Assembly (NCBI GenBank): GCA_024679065.1
Contig: JAGIQG010000006.1
Span: 69,254,001 to 69,318,000, forward strand
DNA length: 64,000 nucleotides
Direction of reading: 5' to 3'
Source: Sphyrna mokarran
Taxonomy: Eukaryota
Position numbers and translations under genes: made by a program. Of the stretch, positions 12,421 through 24,989 are shown one piece after another. Every line of letters begins with the position of its first letter. Within the stretch, counting starts at the first letter, position 1. A model generated the notes under the pieces. The model saw nothing but the letters and a program-made list of their open reading frames with translations, was not told the origin of the DNA and did not search any database.

Positions 12421-14288
12421 TTAAGTTCTTTCACCAATTTTTTTTGTCACTCCCTCCACTCCTAATAACTCATTCTTTGCACACTGTCATTTTTTGTCAG
12501 ATTTTTCTCTGTGACCATCTTGGGACATTTTTCTATATTAAAGGCAGTTTATAAATGCAAGTTGTTGTTCTTAAATGTTTGTTTTTCCCAAACAAATCAA
12601 AAAAATTCAAGAGGTGTTTTTTAAGGCTGATGGTTTAAAAGAAGATTGATCAGAACACATTAGTAAATTTTCAATTTCAAACTGGGGAGGAGGAAATAAG
12701 CAGCATTCATGGTGTGAACTAAAATGGAAGCTGTCTTGTTAAAATTAATTAACCCATGATTGATTTTTTTTTGTCCCCTTTGTGTTTGCTATCCTTCACA
12801 TTTCATATTGCTGTTTGTAAATACATTTAATGATGGCTTTGATGTTGGTGATAATATCAGCCACTTTTCCGGTAATTGAAAGAAAAGCGAAAGTTAAACT
12901 GAATCAAATGAACATAGTACTAGAAATATGGTGATTGTTATCCCTCAGGTACACAATGCTGTGAGGGCATCGCTTAGTTCAGAAAGTAATATGGAAGAAT
13001 ATCTGTTTAAAAGGCTTTGGGAGAGGAAGCAGTAACAAATATCCGAAATAGACCATTGATAGGAATTGGAGAAATTAAGTAGCTGTTTCACTTAAAATAT
13101 GTTTTACTGTAAAACTAATTTGTATCAGCATTGGTTATATGGGCGAGTATTCCATGGAACTAAAATGCAATGGATGTTTTTTGACAGAGTTAAAATTTAA
13201 GACTTGTTATTATGCAGAAAATAAATGTGCCCTGCCGTAATAATATGAAGTATTGCAAGCATAGATGGATTTTTTTGTTTGACCGTTTTAATAATAAAAC
13301 TGAAATCTTAAAATAATAGTGCTGCTACAAGTGCTTTCACAAAGCAGGTGTCATAATCACATTGGATTCACCTAAATCTTATTAGGAAGGTGGATACTAC
13401 TTTTAAAAGATAGCCTGGACTAACAGAGCCTGGAATAACAAACAATTACCTTGACAAAATGAATGTTAAAAAGTCACGTAAACAGCCCAAAAAGGGTTAA
13501 CCTGGAATATAAAAAATATAAGAAAATGATCACACCCAGAACAAGAATGGATCCTTCCTGAAAAATCCATCATTGGTAGATAAGCATGGCTAATTAATTT
13601 AACCTGCAAGGTTATACTTTACTTCAGAGGCTTGACTACAACTTGTCCTGAGAAAGAAGAAACCTGCTATTACTTGAGTATTATTGTGGTTTCATTACTA
13701 GAAACCTCTGACCATTTTTCACCTTCAGAACAGAAAGAGAATTTTCTAAGGCTGCAATGCTTTTGACAATCTTCTCAGAGAAATATTGACTTTTGGTTAA
13801 TAATCTAAGTGCACGTTACACTCATTGGAAATCATCTTTTCTTGTAGATATGTATCTGTGGTTGTGTGCATGCATTTCTGGATGTTATGATCAGTAGACA
13901 TTTTATCCGGTCTTTGGATGAAATCTTACAATGCCTATTCCGTGATTGTTCTTAAATATCACAGCACTCAAGGGGTTAAAACACTTCTTCTCCAAAATGT
14001 CTCTTGCTATGGTCAGTTGAGAGGTGGGAAAAGGGAGGAATTACATCCTATGTCTTCCTGGTCTGCAACAGCATAGAAAATACAACAAGATTCTCCCTGT
14101 CAGCTCAGAGCTGACGTCCTTTAATTTGTCTTTAAATTATATCTGGAAAATCACTTCCTGATCTGAACTATTACTTTCCATTTTTGAATCTCCCTCTCTG
14201 CCCCACCATGTGCACTAGAGCCATGACAGTAGAAAATTCAGTTTCATAATCACAGGAATTGTTTTGTCTGAAAGGAACTTCAATCAGT

Positions 14289-14587
14289 TTATTATTTATT
14301 TATTAATGTCACAAGTAAGCTTATATTAGCGCTGCAAAGAAGTTACTGTGAAAATTCCCTAGTCAGCACACTCCAGCACCTGTTCGAGTACAGGAGGGAG
14401 AATTTAGCACAGCCAATGTGCCTAACCAGCATGTCTTTCGGACTGTGGGAGGAAACTGGAGCACCCAGAGGAAACTCACACAGATATGGGGAGAACGTGA
14501 GAGCCCAGTGACTCAAGCCAGGAATTGAACCTGGGTCTCTGGAGCTGTGAGGCAGCAATGCTAACCACTGTATCACCCTACCACCCA
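14289..14587 (-). mobile_element. V-SINE variant with a non-CR1 (Rex/Babar-like) tail
   Basis: HE1-like head and core, but the 3' end reads ttttcacagtaac..acttgtgacattaataaataaataataaa. Confidence 0.8.
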
Positions 14588-15149
14588 CAGTTGCTATTAC
14601 ATGACCAGTTTCAGAAAGAAATAAATGGAACTTTGCTAGAAATTTTCAAGCCAATTTTACACTTTTCAAATAATTTATATTGAACCTTATCAGAAGATGG
14701 GAAGAGATTTAAAAGAAGTGGGTGGAGGCAAGACAACCAATCCTGTGCATAAGATGGGTTGGCACTTGTTAGAGCTGTGAACCTCACTTGTATTCACCAT
14801 TTTGAATTTGACAGTGAACGACTGGATTCCTGAAACTCAAGGAAGCCCACAGTACCACGCTTAAACTTAGCCGAGGGCTGTTAGATCCAGGAAATATCTA
14901 CCAGCTATACCAACACGTCTGCCTGGACATGCAATTAAATACTCCCAATCCACCATGCCACTTCCCAGCCCTGACCCTTTCAGTCTCTTTTTCTAACCTT
15001 CTGCATGAGAGCCCCTGATTTTACCTCAGACTTAAACCTCACTCACCCCGTGTCTTTAACTTTCCCCAAGCTTCTAGCCTCCCTCAAGATCTCCAGACTC
15101 ACTGGCACCTGATACGCAGAGAATCCTCAAACTGACTTCCCAGTCCTCC

Positions 15150-15876
15150 TATTTAAGAAAGAGATCAGGAGAAATTTCTTCTCTCGGGATGGAGAATCGT
15201 TGATTCCTTCATCACACAGAGTTGAATTGTTAAGTATGTTCAAGGAAATCAGAAGGGTTATGGAGATAAGGGAGAAAAGTGGAGCTGGAGGTTATCATAT
15301 CAGTCATGATCTCATTCAATGATGGAGCACACTCCATAGGCAAAATGGCCTGCTTCTGCTCCTACATCTTATGGTCTTCCCAGAATCCTATGATTCACCA
15401 GCTCCCTCAAGATAAAACCCCATTGCCTTCTAGATGGGACAGACATGTACTTGGTGGCCTTATACTCACTGGAGTTTAGAAGAATGCGAGGAGATCTGAT
15501 TGGGATATGTAGAATTTTAAGAAGAATTGATAAAGTAAAAGTAGACCAAATGTTTCTCCTTATGGGGCAATCACAAATAAGAGGTCACAGGTATAGGTTG
15601 AGCAGTCGTAGATTTAAAACTGAGATGAGGAGGAATTTCTACTCGCAGAGGGTGGTGAATTTATGGAAGTCGCTGCCCCATCACGTGGTTGACCTGAATC
15701 GTTGAATAGTTTCAAGAAGGAGGTAGATATATTTTTAATTTAAAAGTGGAATATGAGGAACAGGTGGGGAGGTGGATTTGAGATCAGAGAGAGATCAGCC
15801 ATGATCTGATTGAATGACAGAGCAGGCTTGAAGTGTTGAATTTGCCTAATTCTGCTCCTAATTCCTATGTTCCTAT
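15150..15876 (+). mobile_element. Two CR1 3' fragments (about 15150-15370 and 15445-15876) nested in a C-rich TIR-type element ending near 16086
   Basis: ORF 15445 LYSLEFRRMRGDLI..RGHRYRL..FKTEMRRNFYSQRVVNLW is the CR1 ORF2 C-terminus, with tail ttcctatgttcctatg. Host end aaaatccacccc. Confidence 0.8.
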
Positions 15877-16185
15877 GCCCTGCAACCTCCTCTTGACTGC
15901 TCCATGTCTGATTGGAAAACCAGCTTGTCCGTTTGACTTCCAACCAGAACACCAGTCAGTGATATCACACATACAGTGTGGAATTATACCTTCACAATGT
16001 GCCAGAGAAGCACAATGCCCTTGTTTCTCACACTCTGCTAACTACCCTCTCTGCTCCGCGTGGCCAGGGAAATTAAAATCCACCCCATAATGTCTAATCA
16101 CACATAGATCTTCTGTTTTTGTTTTCCACTCAATCTGCCATTGAGTTTTGCAGCAAAGCTAATACATATTTATACTTTTTCATAG

Positions 16186-16271
16186 CTCAAATTGAAGTGA
16201 TACCTTGCAAAATCTGTGGTGATAAGTCCTCTGGGATCCATTATGGAGTCATCACTTGTGAAGGCTGTAAG
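16186..16271 (+). CDS. RORB: RORB coding exon (orthologous to exon 2), first zinc finger: (A)[28 protein letters not shown]
   Basis: ttttcatag acceptor, AAG|gtaaga donor, 86 nt, phase 1 to 0. Contains the CEGCK P-box. QIEVIP matches RORB (RORA has QIEIIP). Confidence 0.97.
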
Positions 16272-17369
16272 GTAAGAGTGATTTTAAAAAATATATTAAT
16301 AGTAAACTGGCTTAGTGCAACTTAATTTTCAGTAACATTTTAAGGATCGGAATAGGGATGTTTTACTGCTTAGAGTCAGGCATTTTGACATGCCTGAATA
16401 TAAATGTCTAAATTAATTCAGCACAGTATGACATTCTGGCTCCTTAGCATTGCAGTGTTGATAGTGATAACAGCTTTCACTTGGAGAGCAGTCACAAGAA
16501 AGTAAATGAGGTAGTGCTGCTGCATCTGGAGAAGTGAAGAACCACCTTACAAGCAATTGTGAGCATTCTTGCCAGTGGTGGCAAATGATGTCTTTGTGCG
16601 GTTGTGCAAGTTGATTTTTCAGTTCGTCTGCACAGGATAGTAATGTGGTTTTTCACTTCCTTCACTTATACTGACTTTGCCAGTCACTGGGAAAGATGCT
16701 TGAGCAAAAGTGAAGTTCAAAATTGTTTATTGGATGATGTTACTGCTAATAAATTTAACTCAAATTATAAGTGGGAAGTTTCTATAGCATCACAAAGCCA
16801 AGTGTTCTTTTATTCGAGAGTTATGTAATATAGGGAATATAACACTTCGTGCTTAACAACTAGTGCAAATGGATTAACATCTTGTATCAAACTGTGGTGA
16901 TCTCTGAACAATATTTTAGAACACTTTGTGAAAGAAGAACATTGAGAATATTCTCAGAAGTAGATCATACGAAAACCCTAAAATAGTATTATGTGCTTGA
17001 GGGATTAAAAGCTTGTTGGAATGTCATTGCAACCATTTGTATAATATAACATTTCTTCGAGTAGTCTAAGTTGGTTGAACATTTTTGAGAACAAACTTTA
17101 ATTTTTTTCCCCAGGAATTTAGAAGCAGCGACAAAATTAAAAAAAAACGAATGGATAGGACTTTTGTCCCTCTCTGTGGCATGTTTTGCAGTAGTGGAAG
17201 GCGGCGCATGACTCGTTAGCAGTAGAACCTTGTGGTTCCACCATTGTTAATGGGATTCCCCACTGAATGCCCCTCCCGCAACTGGAAAACATGCGATGGG
17301 AATGCGCCTGCCATCAGTTGGACTGTAAGATCCAACTGGGGTGAACAACACTAAGATTTCAGTGACTAT

Positions 17370-18191
17370 CTCAAAGTCTTGGAACTGCATTACACAATGG
17401 CAGTAACTCTGTGACCCATCATCCCAGCGTGGGAGGTGCATTATTGGGAACCCCAATCAGACAGACTATAACATGGTCGGCTGAAATCTCCAACCCAGGC
17501 TGCCAGCAAGTGGAGCTTCCTGCTGGCTGCCAACTGCCCAGGGAGCACCTTAGTACTGCCCATCAGGCATGAGGCAGTGCCAAGGGACAGGGCATATAGG
17601 GGTGTGGTGTAGGGGGCGATTGGTAGTGTTGAGGGGGATTCCCACTGCCATTCTGCATAGGAATTGATAGGGGAAGGAGGAAGGCCAGCTTTCAAGGTAG
17701 GCAGGAAGGGTTGTCAGCAGGGTGGGAGGTGATGGGGGGGAGAGGGGGAGTTGGTCAGGACTGTGGGGGAAGTCAGGACTGCTGTGGGTGTCAGCACTGT
17801 TGGGAGGTAAGGTGCTGTTGAAACGGGGGGTGCTGCTGGAGATCAGGGCAGGCCAGAAGAGGGGGCTGGGTCCAGGAATGGTCAGGGGGCCAGAAATCCA
17901 GCTGTGGGGAGGTGGAGATCCAGTGATGCGGGTGTTGTAAGCTGGCCAAAAACAAGAGGCCATTAGTGCAGGATCACTGCACATGTGGCAATCTCAGCGC
18001 ATGCGCAGTGGCCTGCTTAGTGAGCTGATCTCAGCCTCTCCACAGGATTTTAATGAAGCTCATGCTGGTGGCCTCTGAAGTGCACAGTGTGTGGGAGATT
18101 CTTCTCTGAACTCCCACTGAAAAAAAAGCATGAATTACTCAAATTTCATGCAAATTTGACACTCAAAATTGTTTTGGGAGAATTCCGGCCA
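17370..18191 (-). mobile_element. GC-rich non-autonomous TIR element with G-rich core (same family as 41922 and 57795)
   Basis: Minus strand begins ggccggaattctcccaaaacaattttgagtgtcaaatttgcatg..ggccactgcgcatgcgc, aligning with the left ends at 41922 and 57795. Confidence 0.7.
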
Positions 18192-18199
18192 CTATTAGT

Positions 18200-18590
18200 A
18201 TGACAGCCTAAATTCAACTACCTGTGTCTTAATTCACAGAAAGCCCTGTTCCCCTGTTATCCCTGCACTTACTGACCTATATTGGCACATCCTGACTTTA
18301 AAATTCTCACCTTGTTTTCCTCCACAGCCTTGCATCCCTCTACCTCTGTAACCCCTTCCAGCCCCACAACCCTCTCAGATATCTGCACTCCTCTAATCTT
18401 GGCCTCTAGTGCATTCTCAATTATAATTTCTCCACTATTGGTAGCCATGCCTTCAGTTGCCTTGGCACCAAACTCAAGGATATTCTCCTTATACCTCAAG
18501 TTCTACCTTGCATTGTTGGTTAAAGACATTGCCTCAAATTTATCTCCAACCAAGCTTTTGATCACCTAACCTCATATCTCTTTATGAAAT
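18200..18590 (+). mobile_element. L2 LINE 3' fragment, decayed
   Basis: Degenerate PxIPALTDLYW..DFKILTL..PxYL motif and gccttcag..ggaa/ctcc tail typical of L2. Confidence 0.6.
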
Positions 18591-18603
18591 TTTGTGTTGT
18601 GGA

Positions 18604-18864
18604 AGAATCATAGAATCCCTGCAGTACGGAAGGAAGCTAGTCAGCCCATCAAACCACAAGGGCACTGTACATATAACACCACATATTTACCCTGCTAATT
18701 CCCTGACTAAGGGGCAATTTAACATGGTGAATCAATCTAACCTGCACATTTTTTTTAATGTGGAAGAAAACAAGAGCGCCCAGAGGAAACCCACGTACAC
18801 ACAAAGGGAATGTGCAAATTCCATACAGTCACTTGGGCCAGAATTCAACCTGAGTCCCTGGCAC
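18604..18864 (-). mobile_element. HE1-like V-SINE, 5' truncated
   Basis: agaatcatagaatccctgcagt tail plus cactaaggggcaattt-like and cccagaggaaacccac core. Confidence 0.8.
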
Positions 18865-21344
18865 ATAAGAAAACATCTGATGGCACTTCACAGGTGTCTT
18901 ATAAAATAATAATATAAATAAGTTGGTATTGTTGAATGTAGTTTGACATTTGGCCCTTCTTAAGCCACCGTTGTGCAATTTATTGGCCACCAGCAGTTAA
19001 TTGGAAATTTAGATGTGGCTAATTGTATTGCTGATAGTGAATAGCAATCAGTGGAGGACACTGTTCTTGGATGTGTTCTTAATGTTTATGTTCACACACT
19101 GCATGCATACTTCAACCTTTCCATGTTGAGGACAAAAATCAGCATTTGCCAATGTTCTTGATTGAGCATTTATTTAGTCACTCAATGATGGTAAGTGTTT
19201 ATTAAATGAATATAAACAGATGGATTATCTTTAGCTGTATTCTTGGAGTGCTTGCAAGTTTATTACTAAAATTCACACATGTCTGAAATAATGTCACATA
19301 GCCACAGCCACGTTTGATCAGAAATGTCAATGGGACAGCATTGCCCACTGATTTAGTTCTCAGTTTCGTATCCGTTTTCTACTGTCCAACAATCTACTAA
19401 CCAATGGCATCTCTAAGAGGGTTACAGAACGAAAGCAGAATCATTAGTTGTCAGATGATCACAGCTGCAAGAAGCTTTCAAAAGAAATATTATGGAATCA
19501 TTCCAGAAGCACAGATGGTATACGCTGTTTTTTATTTTGAAGTAGGCTTTAATGTAAGTCCGTAAAAAATTGAAGGAATATAAATATTGTGGAATTAATA
19601 AAAGGGAACATGTTTTCCTGCAAACATAACACTCTTCTATTAAACATGTCGGGTTGAAGCTTCACTTGCTCCCTATTTGATATGCTTAGACCTTCAATTA
19701 AATTTTAATTGTCTTCCAGCACCTTTAACAAGCAGCTTGGTCCTTTTCATCTCAAATCAGTTCCACTTTAATTCCTTTGCAGCTCCATTCAATCCTACGC
19801 CACAGACTCATTTTTCCATCTGTGGTAATATTACCAATGTCAACACTGGATTTAGAGAAAAACTCTCTTTAATCCCAGTGAAAGTGCTGACATTTCTCAG
19901 TGTATTCATGTTTAAATGGAATAGCTGATGGATACTGGCAGTCAGAAGTCCATTTCAAAGCCAGATTCATGCTTTAGTGTTGAAATGCTTGATACAATTT
20001 CTTTTACAACCAGCACTCTGACCAGACATAAAACAGTTGTAACTCCATAGCTCATGTATTATGCGGTCAGATCATCTGTTATGGAAGATGGTATTATTCT
20101 ATCCTTTACATCTTATGCTTGATGTCAACAGCTATTTTTTTTCTGTTCACACCTATGCAAATGCAGTCTGGCAAGTGCCCTGATAATTGAAGATACTGCT
20201 TTAATATATAAACCTTTAGTTATCACGATCCTAATTACTCTCACTAAGAAAATAACAATTGTGATTTTTACAGATCTTTAGAAAGGGATAAAAGAGCATA
20301 GTTTGAGCACTTTACCTGATTAATGAAGATGACATTTTCAGAGATCAATGGCGAGAGAATCATTATTTCAATCAGATCAGTTTTTGTTTCTTTTACATTC
20401 AATTTACACTTTTTCTCTTGTTGTAACTATAGTAACTCAGTGCCAGGGTTGACCTTTACTCAGTAAGGCTCATTCAGCTTGAATGTAACACAGTAGGATT
20501 GAGACAGGTCCAGATCAGGATCTGTTTTATAACTTGTCCAAATCTATATGCTATAACTACAGATGGAGACTTTTAATAGACAGAGTTTAAGATAGATATC
20601 CAAAGTGAACTGCTCTCCTGTCATTGGGTAAGTTAAATTAAAAGAGGACATTTAAAAACATCATTAAAAGCAGTTGGTTACAGTACATGGTCATGAATTG
20701 TGTTCCAACAAGCTTGACTTCTCATCTGGCATTCTCAAGTACACATACTTTCCAGTGACAGCCATAGAATAGCAAAAGCCCGCATTCCATGAACAAAAAA
20801 AAGTGATCAAGAATAAGAATACTGTCTGATAGTTTCCACTTTCCAGCCTAGCAGTGCAATGCCAATTTTGGCAATCCTTGGATCAACTAACTCAACAAAG
20901 AGCAAATATCAAACCTAGAGCAACTGGTTTGAAAAGATTATTACCAAATCACAAGCTCTGTTTACCTTATCACATGAGAAATTCCTACTTTTTTAAATGA
21001 CATGATAAGAAATTAATCATACCTTCCTGGTTCTACAACGGAGCGCGAGTAACTGGGAATGCAACAGAATTCTGTAACAACTACCTGCATTTTTATAGTG
21101 ATTTGAAAGTAGAAAAAATACTAATGCATTGAGCCAAGTTGCTATACACTTTTGCCACATCTATTGCTGGCAAAAGTTACAGAATAAAATGTTACACAGA
21201 AGTATCATTTCACCCATCGTAGAGCCAGCTACGAGGGGCTTGGGGCTCATAACAGTTTCTTAGCTGTATGCCCAACTCCCACTTTGCATAGATCTCAGCA
21301 ATTAGCATGCTCCTTTCTTCTCTGTTTCTATCAGTTTGAGGATT

Positions 21345-21616
21345 CAGGATTTAAGATGGAGGTGAGGAGACATTTTTTCACCCAAAGAACGGTGAACCTT
21401 TGGAATTCATTAGCACAGGAAGTAGTTGATGCCAAAACATTGAATGTGTTCAAGAGGCGGTGAGGTATAACAGTTGGTGCAAATGGGATCAGTGGTTATG
21501 GGAAAAAAGCAGGATTAGACTATTGAATTGGATGATCAGTTATGATCATAAGATCATGAAGAGCAGGCTCGAAGGACCAAATAGCCTCCTCCTGCTCCTA
21601 TCTTCTATGTTTCCAT
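21345..21616 (+). mobile_element. CR1 3' fragment
   Basis: gaggtgaggagacattttttcacccaaaga..tggaattc and tail cctcctcctgctcctatcttctatgtttccatg. Confidence 0.75.
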
Positions 21617-21789
21617 GTTTTAAACAAAGCAGCCTAGAAAGAAATCCATCCTAAATCCTCAGTAGTTGACAGCTTGAGAAAACTTGCCAGCAGGGTGTTC
21701 GTACTAAACCTGATCGAAGATCCAGTTTTGATAATTACCCATCAACCAGTAGTCCAGACTGATATCAGCAATTTTTTGAGCAATTTTGT

Positions 21790-22170
21790 TTTAGCCACAA
21801 TCCCTTTGGTATTTAATCAGTTCTGGAGACATTCCACTGAACCAAATCAAATGTTCTGGAAGGAAAAAAGGAAGTAATTTGTCATTTGGATGATGGTCCT
21901 TATCCATGAAGCCACAAGACAGGAACATGACCACATAGTTCAGGAAGTTCTGAATCATTACAAGGTACAGGTCTCACCTTAAATGAAAAATATGAATTTG
22001 CAAAAACTATCATGTGAATCTCAGAGAACATCGTAAAATGAAGGGCATGATGGTGGACCCTCAAGAAATGAAAGCCACCAGTGACTATCCAAACTGTTGG
22101 TGCGTTGCTCTGTCCAGAAGTTCTCGGAATGATCAATCAGGTTGGTAAATTCATTCTGAACTTTGACACG
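21790..22170 (+). mobile_element. Gypsy LTR-retrotransposon reverse transcriptase relic
   Basis: Across frameshifts: IPFGI.., VICHLDD(x)LIH..QEHD, GLTLNEKYEF, VDPQEMKA, LGMINQVGKFI. These are Ty3/Gypsy RT motifs in the correct order. Confidence 0.8.
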
Positions 22171-23919
22171 GTGAAAAAACACAATAACAGTGAAGTTCTT
22201 CTGAGTCTACAATTTACACTGCTAGTATTCAGAAGCCAGAGAGTCTATTGGAAGTCAGCAGTATTGTCTTTGGCAAAAGTTTCCCAGACTGATTCAATTA
22301 TGTTATCTTTCAAGAGCACGAAAATAATCTGAACTCATTTGGAAAAAGGATCTAACTGCAACAAAATCAATTCTCCATCATTTAGGAGCAAAGAGTTTAA
22401 GAATTGGTGTAAAAAAGATTTTCAATCTTCATTGTTACGAGCTTTTGGTTGAAACAAGTTAAACATCATGATGCTATAAAAGTGGTCTATAATGGGCACT
22501 ATGACAGGATGTGGGGAGAATATGATGTATTCCAAGAAGTTAATGGTAATTTTGCAAATTTATTTTTTTTATTTTAAGGTGACCAGCACATGGGGAGAAT
22601 ATTACTTGTATTGTATAGAGCAAGTTAACTGTAAGTTAGATGTTAAAGTGCATAGAATGTTATAAGTTGTTACATTTTGAATAATGTTTATGAAAAGTCA
22701 TCACTAAACAAAGGGGGCAAATCAGCTGTTCTGGAGTTTGACAATAACACTGGATGACTTGATTGTGAGAGATCAAAGAGGGGCAGGGAGGGTCTTAGAT
22801 TGCTTTACTGAGGAAGGTGCAAGGTAATTCTACTTGAAGATAATGGCAGCATTCCCTGTGTTTATCACAAGTTGACTGAATCTCCCAAAATTACAGAAGG
22901 TTGTAGGAAATATATTACAAACAGTTGTTGTGCTGTCAAAAATTTATTTATTTCTAAGAGGAATGGGAGTTGAGGTCAGGGATTGCTAATTAGTGTCTCT
23001 ATCTTAATACAATATTTGTATATTTTATATTCCATAGAGAAAAGACAGAGGAAACCATTTTAGAGATCAGGTTACAGATTTCCTACAAATCAATGAATAT
23101 TATAGACAAACAAGAGGTTTGTGTGATTAACAGGAATAAAATACTATTTGACTTTGTGAGCATCCACCTTTGTGAGGGAAACAGTCTCTATTAGAAGAGA
23201 TGCATCCTGCAACAGATTCCAAGGGAAATTGGAAAAGATTTACTACTGGTGGCAGATTTAAGAAACTTTCTGAAAATTGAGGGAAGTGCCAGGCGATGGT
23301 CTCTCAGAATTCATCCTCAACAAAGTGGACTACAGGAACCAATAAGAAATTGGGCACAACTTTGAATTGTTTGTTATAAGAACTATAATTCCATAGAGTA
23401 TCTGATGTGTAATAGGTTTAAAGGGGATTGTTCCTCTCTCTAATTTAAAATATAAGTTACCCAAAAAGAGAAAATGGCATTCAGTAATAATGCTTTCCAT
23501 CATTAGTTCCAGCAAAACTTTTAAAATGTGAAGTCTTGTGTCATTCTTTCAGCTAGGAACTGGAAATTTGAATCACTTTTTATAAGATATAAATATCCAC
23601 AGGAATTGTAACAAAAGTACCTGCAAAATGGGTACTGCTTATAATATCAAGGAAAGAGGCAAAAAAGAGATGTTGGATGAAAAAATCCTTGAGAATGCGA
23701 ACAAGAAAGAAAAATGTACTAATTACGGGCAAAACGATGTTAGACATGTCAAAGAGGAATGGACAGTAATTATAGACAGATAAAGGAATGGACTTGAAGA
23801 AAGAACCTGGGGAAGTTGTCCTGGTGGGAAAGAATAAATGGCAAATAGCAGATGGGGGAAAAAAACTATGAGTTATGTTTGAACTCACGGTTCGGGCATT
23901 GGTAGAGCAAGCAGAGAGA

Positions 23920-24235
23920 AACTGTTTCCTCTTTGAAGCTAGTAATTAGTCATCCTAGATTTAAAATAATTGGCAAAGGAACTAGAAGGGAAATTAGAAG
24001 ATTTTTTCATGTGGGGCGTTATTAGAACTGAAATACGCAGCCAGAAAGGGTGTGGAATTAGATTCCACGGGAACTTTCAAAAGATAATTGGGCAAGTACT
24101 TGCAAAGGACTGATTTGTAGAGCTGTGGAGAAAAAGCTGTGTTGTGAGATTAAATTGGACATCTCTTTCAAGTCCTGGCACTGACATGATGGGCCAAATG
24201 GCTTTCTTTCTTCCTGTGCTGTATGATTCTATGAA
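23920..24235 (+). mobile_element. CR1 3' fragment
   Basis: FKIIGKGTRREIRRFF-like coding remnant and tail gggccaaatggc..ttcctgtgctgtatgattctatga. Confidence 0.7.
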
Positions 24236-24989
24236 GTGATTATCCTGGAATAGCGAATGATTTTGGCAGACGGGAATGATGGGCAATAACATTATTTGTG
24301 ATGGATGGCTAAATCAATTATTCACTAGATACACTCATCTCTGACTTTCAGACTTGAGAGAGAATGGGAACCATACCAATGTAATTGAAAAAGAAGAGAT
24401 GGCATGAAGGGTTTGCTGTGAATAAGACTACCAAAAATGAATGTGAGGGAATAGTTGAGCAAATTGAAGTATAAGAACAAATGGAGATCAAAATCTAGGC
24501 AGTTAGGGTGTTAGTAAAAATGTCTATTTGAACCAAGAATATTGTACTTCATGCATTATAACTTGTGCAAAAGTCTTAAGGGACCATATGACCTTTCTCA
24601 ACCTGTCATTTTCATGACATTGATTGCATCCTGGAATTAGTTTTGCTAAGACATAACTTCCTTTTCTGTGTAGTTCAACCACCATCAGGTTTTGAGTTTA
24701 TGCAAATAGAAATGATCTTGTGCCTGCTTCTGAAGATTGTGAAGCTATTTTTAAACTAAAGCAGCAATGCATGTCGACGCTTCATGTAAATGTAGTATTT
24801 AATCACTGTTCAAGATCTGGTTGAGAATAGAATTCTTAGATGTAGCTGTAGGTGGAAATGCAAAAGAACACCAACAATTCAAATAGTTCTTGTACTTCTA
24901 AGTGTCATCTGTGGAGAAACTAGATCAGGATTAACTAATGAAAATGTGAAGATGAGTGCATGTGCATGGGTTTTATTGATTATTTTTGG

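Noticed and set aside
17550-17984. 144-aa Pro/Ser-rich ORF and overlapping Gly-rich ORF
   Set aside because: Same artefact: translation of a G-rich repeat core.
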